Part shown: piece by piece, positions 53,206 to 62,200 of the stretch | Layout of the letters: each line of letters begins with the position of its first letter | How positions within the stretch are numbered: the stretch's first letter is position 1 | Source of the DNA: Rubrivivax sp. | GTDB lineage: Bacteria; Pseudomonadota; Gammaproteobacteria; Burkholderiales; Burkholderiaceae_C | Reading direction: 5' to 3' | NCBI GenBank assembly: GCA_040400915.1 | Contig: JBBAPI010000006.1 | Location: 704-64,703, forward strand | DNA: 64,000 nucleotides | Notes under the pieces: generated by a model | Seen by the model: only the letters and a program-made list of their open reading frames with translations | Told to the model about the DNA's origin: nothing | The model's database searches: none | Program-made: the position numbers and the translations under genes

Positions 53206-53793
53206 TCACTTTGAGGTGTAGCCGCGGGCGTCCATGCAGGCATCGACGGCGCGCATGAAGACCGAGGAATCGTTCAGCGCGGCAGGCTGCGTGGTCGCCC
53301 AGCGGTTGCACTCCTGGCGGTCGGCTTCCAGCTGTTGCGCCGACTGGCCGTTGCGCGGGTAGATCACCGGTTCAGGCCGGCTCGGCGCCGCCGCCGGCGC
53401 GGGCGCGGGCGGTGCCGCATACACCTGCGGCGGCTGCTCGACGATGACCGTGGTCGGGCCGGGGTAGACCCAGGGCGAGGCCAGCAGCAAGCCCGCGCCG
53501 AGGCCCACACCCACACCCCAGCCACAGCACCAGCCGCCGGGGTAGCCGCCGTAGTAACCGCCGTAGTAGCGACCGCTGCGGCCGCCGTAGCCGCCGCCAT
53601 GGCCACCGCGATAGCCGACGTTGACAACCCCGACGGGGCCGCCGGTGCGGTAGACGGCCGGGCTCAGCGTGAGCGGGGCGCCGGCGCTGACGGCTGCCGA
53701 TACGCCATCGGCATGCGCCGCAGCCGCGATAGCGGTCAACACGGCAACGACCGCGCCCCGACGAAGGGTCGTAGACAGTGAAACTTTCAGCAT
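53206..53793 (-). CDS. Hypothetical secreted Gly/Tyr/Pro-rich protein with a C-terminal two-Cys domain
   Basis: Signal peptide ending AHA, GGYYGGY repeats, PAPAPA linker, YPRNGQSAQQLEADRQEC..WA...ACMDARGY; GGAGG RBS. Confidence 0.75.
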   Translation of the reverse strand: MLKVSLSTTLRRGAVVAVLTAIAAAAHADGVSAAVSAGAPLTLSPAVYRTGGPVGVVNVGYRGGHGGGYGGRSGRYYGGYYGGYPGGWCCGWGVGVGLGAGLLLASPWVYPGPTTVIVEQPPQVYAAPPAPAPAAAPSRPEPVIYPRNGQSAQQLEADRQECNRWATTQPAALNDSSVFMRAVDACMDARGYTSK

Positions 53794-53941
53794 GGCAAGC
53801 ACCTCCGGCAATCAAGCCGCCATGATGCACCCGCGACCACCCGGCCGCTTGACGGGTCTGCAAAGTATCGTGAACGGTGGGTGACGCCGGTGTCAGACCG
53901 GCCGACGAAGACGGCTGGCCGGCCCGTGCCGGACCGGAGCT

Positions 53942-54649
53942 TCAGGACCGGAACAGCCGCGAATACTGGGTCTCGTGCTGGGCGCTCAGGATGGTCAGCA
54001 TCGGGCTGTGCGCCTGGCGTTCAGGCTCGGGCAGAACCAGCGCGCGTTCGACCGCCTCGGGTATCGCCGCCGCCAATCGGGCCAGGATGCGCTGCGCGGC
54101 CGACTGACCCAGCGGCACGGCCTTCATCGCCGCCTGCGCCATGTTTTCAGCCCAGCCCCAGGCGCAGGCCAGCAAGGCCCCGCGGGCGTCGCTGCCCGCC
54201 AGCACGGCCGCCAGCGCGAAGGCCATCGGCCACAGTGGTGCCGGTTGCAGGGCGGCCAGCGTGCCCAGGCGGGCGTCGGTGGCCTGCGGGCCATTGCGCA
54301 GCCATTCCAGCAGGCTGCGCCCCATCTGTTCGGACTGGGCGCGGAATTCGGCGCTTTCGCGGGTGCAGCGCAGCCAGTCGTTGAGTTCGGCCACGCGCGC
54401 TGCGTCCTGCGCCTGCCAGGCGGCGCAGGCCAGCGCCAGGGTCGGCAGGTCGGACCGGGCCAGCGTCAGCTCCAGCTGTGCCGTCAGCCAGTCGGCAGCC
54501 TGGGCTTCCGTGCTCACGCAGCCCGCCTCGACCGCCGCTTCCAGCCCCTCGGAATAACTGAAACCGCCCACCGGCAGGGCTGGCGAGGCCAGCCACATCA
54601 GCTGCAGCCGGGTGGCCGCTGTTTCAGTGTTCGTGGGGGCCGTGGTCAT
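53942..54649 (-). CDS. ureF: Urease accessory protein UreF
   Basis: [26 protein letters not shown] and [11 protein letters not shown]. Confidence 0.95.
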   Translation of the reverse strand: MTTAPTNTETAATRLQLMWLASPALPVGGFSYSEGLEAAVEAGCVSTEAQAADWLTAQLELTLARSDLPTLALACAAWQAQDAARVAELNDWLRCTRESAEFRAQSEQMGRSLLEWLRNGPQATDARLGTLAALQPAPLWPMAFALAAVLAGSDARGALLACAWGWAENMAQAAMKAVPLGQSAAQRILARLAAAIPEAVERALVLPEPERQAHSPMLTILSAQHETQYSRLFRS

Positions 54650-55283
54650 GACCGCAACCCGGGCCGTGCACATGGGGCGCGGCCTTCACGGCGATGCCCA
54701 GCGGCTTGCCGCGGGCCGGCACCGCCGCGGGCGCTGCGGCGCCGTGGCCGGCGGCGTGATCGGGTTCGGCCGCGGGCGCGTGGTCATGGCCGTGGTCCTG
54801 GCCTGCGCCATGCGCGTGCCCGACCGTGGCCGCTGCGTAGGCGCCCGACTCGGGTTCGAAGGCCGACTGTTCCTCGCTGACGATCAGGTGCATGGCGCGC
54901 AGCAGGTCGGCCAGCACGTGGTCGGGTTCCAGCAGCAGCCGGTCGGCTTGCAGTTCCAGCGGCACATGGCGGTTGCCCAGGTGGTAGGCGGCGCGCAGCA
55001 GGTCGAAAGCGCTGCCGTGCTCGGCGCAGGCGCGCACCACCAGCACGGGCTGCGGCGCGGCCAGCACGCGGATGATGGAACCGTCCTCGGCCACCAGCGC
55101 GTCACCGCCGCGCAGCACGCTGCCGCGCGGCAGGAAGATGCCCAGGGCGCGTCCGCCGCTGTCGGTGGCGTCGAGGCGGCTCTTCCGGCGTTCGTCCCAG
55201 CCCAGTTCGATGGTGGTGGCGCGCTTGAGCAGTGCGGTTGCGAGGCCCTGTGAGCGGGGCAGCAGTTTGTTGACGGTCAGCAT
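54624..55283 (-). CDS. ureE: Urease Ni-chaperone UreE with His-rich tail
   Basis: [26 protein letters not shown] and FEPESGAY, followed by a His-rich C-terminus. Confidence 0.95.
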   Translation of the reverse strand: MLTVNKLLPRSQGLATALLKRATTIELGWDERRKSRLDATDSGGRALGIFLPRGSVLRGGDALVAEDGSIIRVLAAPQPVLVVRACAEHGSAFDLLRAAYHLGNRHVPLELQADRLLLEPDHVLADLLRAMHLIVSEEQSAFEPESGAYAAATVGHAHGAGQDHGHDHAPAAEPDHAAGHGAAAPAAVPARGKPLGIAVKAAPHVHGPGCGHDHGPHEH

Positions 55284-55317
55284 GGGTGGATTGTCGCCTG
55301 GCGCTATGCGCGGGCCG

Positions 55318-55764
55318 TCAAGGCTTGGCGAAGTAGCGCACGCCGGGCAGGCCCTCGAAGTGGCTGTCCTGGGTCCAGAGTTCAGCATGGTGCAGTTGGG
55401 CGGTGGCGTAGATCAAGCTGTCGGCCAATGGCAGGCCGTTGACAGCGGCTGCCAGCGCCAGCGGCAAGTCGACAGACACCACTTGGCCGCGTTGCATCAG
55501 CGACAAAGCGGCGGCTGCCACCTCGTCACCCGCTTCACGCACCAGCTTCTTGGCCACTTCATAGACGGTGACGACAGGCACCACCAGGTGCTCGGGCTGC
55601 GCCAGCGCCTCGGCGTACAGGTCGGCCCGCGCGCTGTCGGTGAAGAATTCCAGCCAGCACGATGAGTCCAGTACGCGCAGGGTGGGCTGGGCGGCGGCCC
55701 TGGTCTTGGCCCTTGCCCGGGTCTGGGTGGGCGGCGCCATCGGCTTCGAGCCCGCCCCGGCCAT
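55318..55764 (-). CDS. vapC: VapC PIN-domain toxin (module 1)
   Basis: VLDSSCW, YEV, LADS and TQD acidic residues; TGATG coupling to the antitoxin. Confidence 0.9.
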   Translation of the reverse strand: MAGAGSKPMAPPTQTRARAKTRAAAQPTLRVLDSSCWLEFFTDSARADLYAEALAQPEHLVVPVVTVYEVAKKLVREAGDEVAAAALSLMQRGQVVSVDLPLALAAAVNGLPLADSLIYATAQLHHAELWTQDSHFEGLPGVRYFAKP

Positions 55765-55973
55765 CAGGCGATCCGATCGGCGTCGCGTGCGATGTCGGGG
55801 TTGATGCCCCGTGCGATGCCGCGCAATTCGGCTGCGCTGCGCAACGGCATCAGGCGCAGGCCGCCGTTGAAGTCCACCACCATCAACTTGGTGCCGGCCT
55901 GCAGCTTCAGCCGTTGGCGCACGGCCAGCGGGATGACGACCTGGAATTTCGGCGAAACGGTGACGGTGTCCAT
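55764..55973 (-). CDS. AbrB/MazE/SpoVT-family antitoxin (module 1)
   Basis: 69 aa; VTVSPKFQVVIPLAVRQRLKL.AG. Confidence 0.9.
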   Translation of the reverse strand: MDTVTVSPKFQVVIPLAVRQRLKLQAGTKLMVVDFNGGLRLMPLRSAAELRGIARGINPDIARDADRIA

Positions 55974-55974
55974 G

Positions 55975-56015
55975 TCGATCAATGTAGCGTATGCCGAGTA
56001 TTTGATCGATGTAAA
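55975..56015 (-). promoter_or_regulatory. Promoter/operator of TA module 1
   Basis: TTTACA(56015-56010)-N18-TACGCT(55991-55986) on -. Perfect 8-bp inverted repeat TCGATCAA(55975-82)/TTGATCGA(56002-09). Confidence 0.55.
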
Positions 56016-56028
56016 TTCGCTGGCCAAG

Positions 56029-57756
56029 CTAGAACAGGAAGTACTTCTGCGCCAGCGGCAGCACCGTCGCCGGCTCGCAGGTCAGCAACTGCCCGTCGGC
56101 CCGCACCTGGTAGGTCTGGGCGTCGATCTGCATCTTCGGCAGGTAGTCGTTCAGCACCATGTCGTGCTTCTTCACACTGCGGCAGCCGTGCACCACGCTC
56201 AGCCGCTTGCGCAGGCCCAAGGCATCCCCGATGTCGTTGTCCATCGCCGCCTTGCTCATGAAGGTCAGGCTGGTGGCCTGCACCAGGCGGCCGCAGCTGC
56301 CGAACATCGGCCGGTAGTGCACGGGTTGCGGTGTCGGGATGCTGGCGTTGGCGTCGCCCATCAGCGCCGCGGCAATGAAGCCGCCCTTCAGAATCAGGCT
56401 GGGCTTGACGCCGAAGAAGGCCGGGCGCCACAGCACCAGGTCGGCCCACTTGCCGACTTCGATGCTGCCCACGTCGTGCGAAATGCCGTTCGCGATCGCC
56501 GGGTTGATCGTGTACTTGGCGATGTAGCGCTTGACCCGGTTGTTGTCGTTGCGCTCAGAGTCACCGGCCAGCGCGCCACGCTGCGCCTTCATCTTGTGCG
56601 CCGTCTGCCAGGTGCGGATGATGACTTCGCCGACGCGGCCCATGGCCTGGCTGTCGCTGGACATCATGCTGATCGCGCCCAGGTCGTGCAGCACGTCTTC
56701 GGCGGCGATGGTTTCCCGGCGGATGCGGCTTTCGGCAAAGGCCAGGTCTTCGGCGATGGACGGGTCGAGGTGGTGGCAGACCATCAGCATGTCCAGGTGC
56801 TCGTCCACCGTGTTGGCGGTGTAGGGCATGGTCGGGTTGGTGCTGCTGGGCAGGAAATTGGCCTCGCCGACGACGCGCAGGATGTCCGGCGCGTGGCCGC
56901 CGCCGGCGCCTTCGGTGTGGAAGGCGCACAGGGTGCGCCCGCCGGTGGCGGCCACCGTGTCTTCGACGAAGCCGCTTTCGTTCAGCGTGTCGCTGTGGAT
57001 GCTGACCTGGGTGTCGGTGGCCTCGGCCACGTCCAGGCAGTTGCTGATGGCCGCCGGCGTGGTGCCCCAGTCTTCGTGCAGCTTCAGGCCGATGGCGCCA
57101 GCGGCGATCTGCTGGCTGAGCGCCGCGGCCTGCGTGGCGTTGCCCTTGCCCAGGAAGCCCAGGTTCATCGGGAAGGCCTCGGCCGCCTGCAGCATGCGGT
57201 GGATGTTCTCGGGGCCGGGCGTGCAGGTGGTGGCGAAGGTGCCGGTGGCCGGGCCGGTGCCGCCGCCCAGCATGGTGGTCACGCCGCTCATCAACGCTTC
57301 TTCGATCTGCTGCGGGCAGATGAAGTGGATGTGGCTGTCGATGCCGCCGGCGGTCAGGATCATCCCCTCGCCGGCAATGATCTCGGTGCCTGGGCCGATG
57401 ACGATGTCCACCCCCGGCTGCACGTCGGGGTTGCCGGCCTTGCCGATGGCCGCAATGCGGCAGCCCTTGAGGCCGACATCGGCCTTGACGATGCCCCAGG
57501 TGTCGATGATCAGCGCGTTGGCGATGACGCAGTCGGCGGCCTCGGCGTGGCCGGGGCCGTTGACAACCTGGCTCTGGCCCATGCCGTCGCGGATGGTCTT
57601 GCCGCCGCCGAATTTCACTTCCTCGCCGTAGCCGCCCGCGGCCAGCGTGTGGTCCTTTTCGACCTCGACGATCAGGCCCGTGTCGGCCAGGCGCAGGCGG
57701 TCGCCGGCCGTGGGGCCGAACATCTCGGCGTAGGCGCGTTTTCCGATCAGGGCCAT
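56029..57756 (-). CDS. ureC: Urease alpha subunit
   Basis: [44 protein letters not shown] and SSDSQAMGR. Confidence 0.99.
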   Translation of the reverse strand: MALIGKRAYAEMFGPTAGDRLRLADTGLIVEVEKDHTLAAGGYGEEVKFGGGKTIRDGMGQSQVVNGPGHAEAADCVIANALIIDTWGIVKADVGLKGCRIAAIGKAGNPDVQPGVDIVIGPGTEIIAGEGMILTAGGIDSHIHFICPQQIEEALMSGVTTMLGGGTGPATGTFATTCTPGPENIHRMLQAAEAFPMNLGFLGKGNATQAAALSQQIAAGAIGLKLHEDWGTTPAAISNCLDVAEATDTQVSIHSDTLNESGFVEDTVAATGGRTLCAFHTEGAGGGHAPDILRVVGEANFLPSSTNPTMPYTANTVDEHLDMLMVCHHLDPSIAEDLAFAESRIRRETIAAEDVLHDLGAISMMSSDSQAMGRVGEVIIRTWQTAHKMKAQRGALAGDSERNDNNRVKRYIAKYTINPAIANGISHDVGSIEVGKWADLVLWRPAFFGVKPSLILKGGFIAAALMGDANASIPTPQPVHYRPMFGSCGRLVQATSLTFMSKAAMDNDIGDALGLRKRLSVVHGCRSVKKHDMVLNDYLPKMQIDAQTYQVRADGQLLTCEPATVLPLAQKYFLF

Positions 57757-58061
57757 CACAGTGCTCCGTTCACCAGACCGCGGAAGCCCCAGACCTGGCG
57801 CAAGCCGGCGTAGGCCACCAATTCGACGGTGCGTTGCTGCCCCGGCTCGAAGCGCACCGCGGTGCCGCTGGCGATGTTCAGGCGCATGCCCTTGGCGGCT
57901 TCGCGGTCGAAGCGCAGGGCCGCATTGGTTTCGGCGAAGTGGTAATGCGAACCCACCTGTATCGGGCGATCGCCGGTGTTGGCCACCACCACCGTGGCGG
58001 TGGCGCGGCTGGGGTTCAAGGTGTGGAAGCCGTCGTCGATCAGCAGTTCGCCGGGTGTCAT
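57756..58061 (-). CDS. ureB: Urease beta subunit
   Basis: [15 protein letters not shown] and GTAVRFEPG. Confidence 0.98.
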   Translation of the reverse strand: MTPGELLIDDGFHTLNPSRATATVVVANTGDRPIQVGSHYHFAETNAALRFDREAAKGMRLNIASGTAVRFEPGQQRTVELVAYAGLRQVWGFRGLVNGAL

Positions 58062-58087
58062 CGTGTGGTGTCCTTGGGTTCTTGAAA

Positions 58088-58513
58088 TCAGTTCATGGGC
58101 CAGGCTGACAGTGGCTGCAGCCGGCCCAGCGCTGCGGCCTTGCGGCAATAGGCTTCGTCGGCGGTGACCAGCACGGCGTCTTCGGTTTCCAGCGCCAGCG
58201 CGTGGTACAGCGTGTCGAACAGGTGGTGGTTCAGCTGCTGGCTGAGCTGCATGGCGCGCCAATAGACCCGGTCATCGTCCCGCGAACGCAGGCCCAAGGC
58301 GCGCAAATTCGCCAGGTGCCGTTCCATCCGATCCGGTGTCTCGCGCGCCAGCACGGCGCACACCTCGGCCTGGAAGTGCGGCGGTTGCAGCAACTGGTGT
58401 CGGCCGTCGACATGGCCCTGCAGGATGTCCAGCGCGGCGGCGCCATCGTCTTCGCCGGAGCGTTCATGAAAGAACCACTTCAGAGCGACGCTGGCGTCGA
58501 CCACCAGCTTCAC
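58088..58513 (-). CDS. vapC: VapC PIN-domain toxin (module 2)
   Basis: [23 protein letters not shown] and VTAD; GTG start overlaps the antitoxin stop. Confidence 0.88.
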   Translation of the reverse strand: MKLVVDASVALKWFFHERSGEDDGAAALDILQGHVDGRHQLLQPPHFQAEVCAVLARETPDRMERHLANLRALGLRSRDDDRVYWRAMQLSQQLNHHLFDTLYHALALETEDAVLVTADEAYCRKAAALGRLQPLSAWPMN

Positions 58514-58743
58514 GGACGCCCAGCCCGGCGCGCAGCGGCCAGTTGTCTCGAACTGCGGACCGGCGCCGTGCTGCGCATGTCCAGGATGCTGGCCAGGGCG
58601 GCCTCGCGCAGGCGCTGCTCCTGCGCCAGCGCGATGGCCGTGCGCAACAGTTGCGTCAATACCGCGCTCTTGTTCTGGCCCTCGAAGGTGGCGTTGAACG
58701 CTTGTTTCACATCCTCGGGGACACTGAAATTCATCGTGGCCAT
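58510..58743 (-). CDS. Ribbon-helix-helix type antitoxin (module 2)
   Basis: 77 aa; MATMNFSVPEDVKQAF...NKSAVLTQLL; directly upstream of the PIN gene. Confidence 0.8.
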   Translation of the reverse strand: MATMNFSVPEDVKQAFNATFEGQNKSAVLTQLLRTAIALAQEQRLREAALASILDMRSTAPVRSSRQLAAARRAGRP

Positions 58744-58755
58744 GTCACGACCCCA

Positions 58756-58801
58756 TTGTTGAAGAGTTCAACAACTTAGCCGATGCGTCCGACGCCGTCA
58801 A
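58756..58801 (-). promoter_or_regulatory. sigma70 promoter and perfect operator of TA module 2
   Basis: TTGACG(58801-58796)-N17-TAAGTT(58778-58773) on -. Palindrome TTGTTGAA-N3-TTCAACAA at 58756-58774. Confidence 0.75.
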
Positions 58802-58812
58802 GGCAGCCGGTT

Positions 58813-59115
58813 TCAGGTGATGGGTTGGTGCACGGTCACCAGTTTGGTGCCATCGGGGAAGGTGGCTTCGACCTGGATTTCGCTGACGATTTCCGGCACG
58901 CCGTCCATCACGTCGTCGCGGCCCAGGACGGTTTTGCCGTCGCTCATCAACTGGGCCACGGTCTTGCCGTCGCGGGCCCCTTCCAGGATGCCGCAGCTGA
59001 TGAAGGCGATGGCCTCGGGCACGTTCAGCTTCAAGCCGCGCGCCCGTCGGCGTTCGGCCAGCAGGCCGGCAGTGAAGAGCAGCAGTTTGTCTTTTTCGCG
59101 GGGTGTCAGGTCCAT
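58813..59115 (-). CDS. ureA: Urease gamma subunit
   Basis: [12 protein letters not shown]...RGLKLN.PEA...[14 protein letters not shown]. Confidence 0.99.
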   Translation of the reverse strand: MDLTPREKDKLLLFTAGLLAERRRARGLKLNVPEAIAFISCGILEGARDGKTVAQLMSDGKTVLGRDDVMDGVPEIVSEIQVEATFPDGTKLVTVHQPIT

Positions 59116-59201
59116 GCTGGGGGCTCATTCACGTCGGGTGCCAGCATCCTAACCGTCGACCCTGGGCCGGTGGCGCAGTCCGTGCATCATCGCCACCCAG
59201 C

Positions 59202-62200
59202 ATGAGTGCCTTGCCCCTTTCGGCCCCAGCATCGAGCGACGCCCCGCCGGCGCCGCAGCAGCGCGTCATCAAGGTCCGCCGCGACTACAACGCCTGGGTC
59301 GCCAGCGAGAGCCTGGAAGACTACGCGCTGCGCTTCACGCCGCGCAGCTTCCGCAAGTGGAGCACTTGGCGTGTGGCCAACACCGCCATCGGCGGGGCGG
59401 CCTCCTTTCTGGTTCTGGAAGCCGTGGGCGCCACGCTGCTGCTGCAGTTCGGTTTCATCAACGCCTTCTGGGCCGTTCTGGCCACCGCGCTGATCATCTT
59501 CGCCGCCGGCCTGCCGATCAGCGTCTACGCCGCGCGCCACGGGCTGGACATGGACCTGCTGACGCGCGGCGCCGGCTTCGGCTACATCGGCAGCACCATC
59601 ACCAGCCTGATCTACGCCAGCTTCACCTTCATCTTTTTCGCGCTGGAAGCGGCCATCATGGCCTACGCGCTGGAACTGGCCTGGGGCATCCCGCCGACCT
59701 GGGGCTACCTGCTGTGCGCGCTGGTGGTCATCCCGCTGGTCACCCACGGCGTCACGGCCATCAGCCAGCTGCAGGTGTGGACGCAGCCGCTGTGGCTGGC
59801 GCTGCTGGTGTTGCCCTACGGCTACGTCTTCCAGGCGCATCCGGGCTTGGTCGGCGAACTGCGCGTCTACGCCGGTGCAAGCGGGCAGGGTGGTGGCTTC
59901 AACCCGCTGCTCTTCGGCGGCGCGCTGACGGTGGGCATCGCGCTGATCACGCAGATGGGTGAGCAGGCCGACTACCTGCGCTTCATGCCCGAGAAGACCG
60001 TGGCCACGCGCGGCCGCTGGTGGCTGGGCGTGTTGATCGGCGGCCCCGGCTGGGTCATCCCCGGCGTGTTGAAGATGCTGGGCGGCATGCTGCTGGCCTA
60101 CCTGGCGCTGACGCTGGCCGTGCCGGCCGACCGCGCGGTCGACCCCAACCAGATGTACCTGGCGGCCTACGAACTGGTCTTTCCGCACTACACCTGGGCG
60201 GTGGCGGCCACGGCTTTGCTGGTCATCGTCAGCCAGCTGAAGATCAACGTGACCAACGCCTACGCCGGCAGCCTGGCCTGGTCGAACTTCTTCGCCCGCG
60301 TCACGCACAGCCACCCCGGCCGCGTCGTCTGGGTGGTGTTCAACACCCTGATCGCGCTGATGCTGATGGAGCTGGAGGTCTTCAAGGCCATCGCCGGCGT
60401 GCTGGGCCTGTACAGCAACATCGCCATCAGCTGGATCATGGCCGTGGTGGCCGATCTGGTGGTCAACAAGCCGCTGGGCTGGTCGCCCAAGGGCATCGAA
60501 TTCAAGCGGGCGCACCTCTACGACATCAACCCGGTGGGCGTGGGTGCCATGGGCTTGGCTTCGGTGCTGTCCATTGCGGCCTACCTGGGCGTCTTCGGCG
60601 CGATGGCGCAGGCCTTCTCGGCGGTGATCGCGATGGCGGTGGCCTTCGTCACGTCGCCGCTGATCGCCTGGGCGACCCAGGGCCGCTACTACATCGCCAG
60701 AACATCCGTTGACCCCAAGGCCGCCGCAAGCGGCGACCGTCCCCCGAGGGGAGCGATGCATCCTTGGGGCGGCCCGGCGGATGCATCCGACGACGGCGCC
60801 TACCTGGGCGCGACCAGCGGCGTGCTGAAGCTGCGCCGCTGCGTGATCTGCGAGCGCGACTACGAAGGCGAAGACATGGCGCAGTGCCCGGCCTACGGCG
60901 GGCCGATCTGCAGCCTGTGCTGCGCGCTGGACGCCCGCTGCCACGACCTGTGCAAGCCCGAACCCGCGCGCGCGCCGTGGCAGCTGACGGCGCTGCTGCG
61001 CCGCCTGACGCCACGCGCCTGGTGGCCGCAGCTGGACACGGGGCTGGGCCGCTACCTGCTGCTGATGGCCGTCGTGGCGCCCGCGCTGGCCGGTCTGCTG
61101 AGCCTGCTCTACCAGGCCGAACTGCGCCACCTGGGCGATGCGGCCGGGGCGCTGGCCCCGGCACTGCGCGCCGGCTTCATCAAGGCCTGGTGCGGGCTGG
61201 TGCTGGTGGCCGGGGTGATCGGCTGGTGGGGGGTCCTGACGCAGATCAGCCGCCGCGTGGCGCAGGAGGAAAGCAACCGCCAGACCCAAGCCCTGATGCG
61301 CGAGATCGATGCCCACCACCGGACGGACGAAGCCCTGCAGCGCGCCAAGCAGGCTTCGGAGGCCGCCAACCAGGCCAAGACGCGCTACATCAGCGCCGTC
61401 AGCCACGAACTGCGCACACCGCTGAACAGCATCCTGGGCTATGCGCAACTGCTCGACGAAGACCCGACCTTGCCGGTGCACCGCAAGCAGGCGGTGGGCG
61501 TGATCCGGCGCGGCGGCGAACACCTGCTGAGCCTGATCGAAGGCACGCTGGACATCGCGCGCATCGAAGGCGGCAAGCTGGCGCTGGAGCCCAAGCCGAT
61601 GCGCCTGCACGAGGCGCTGCGCCAGATCGTGCAGATGTTCGAGCTGCAGGCGGCCAGCAAGGGCCTGCGCTTCGAGCACCACATCGAGGGCGCGCCCGCG
61701 CTGGTCAAGGCCGACGAGCGGCGGTTGACGCAGATCCTGATCAACGTGCTGGGCAATGCCGTCAAGTTCACGCCGGCCGGCCGCGTCAGCTTCCGCGCCC
61801 TGCCTGTGCGTGGCATGACCGTGTTCGAGATCGAGGACACCGGGCCGGGCATCGCCGCGCAGGACCTGGAACGCATCTTCGAACCCTTCTCGCGCGGCGG
61901 TGCTGCGGCCGGTGCGCCGAGTGGTGGCACGGGACTGGGCCTGACCATCGCCAAGATGCTGACCGACCTGATGGGCGGCGAGATGACGGTGTCGTCGCGC
62001 ACCGCGGCCGAGGGCGTCGGCATGTCCGGCACCTTGTTCCGCGTGCGCCTCTTCCTGCCCGAACTGCAAGGTGCAAGAGCCCCGCAGCCCTTGCCCTTGC
62101 GTGCCGGCTACGCGGGCGCGCGGCGCCGTGTGCTGGTGGTGGACAACGAAGAAATCGACCGCACGCTGCTGGCCGCCCGGCTGCAGGCTGTCGGCTTCGA

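Noticed and set aside
59128-59197. sigma54 and NtrC sites upstream of ureA
   Set aside because: TGGCAC is present on - (59138-43), but the -12 position reads GTGAA rather than TTGC; only a half NtrC-like TGCAC is present.
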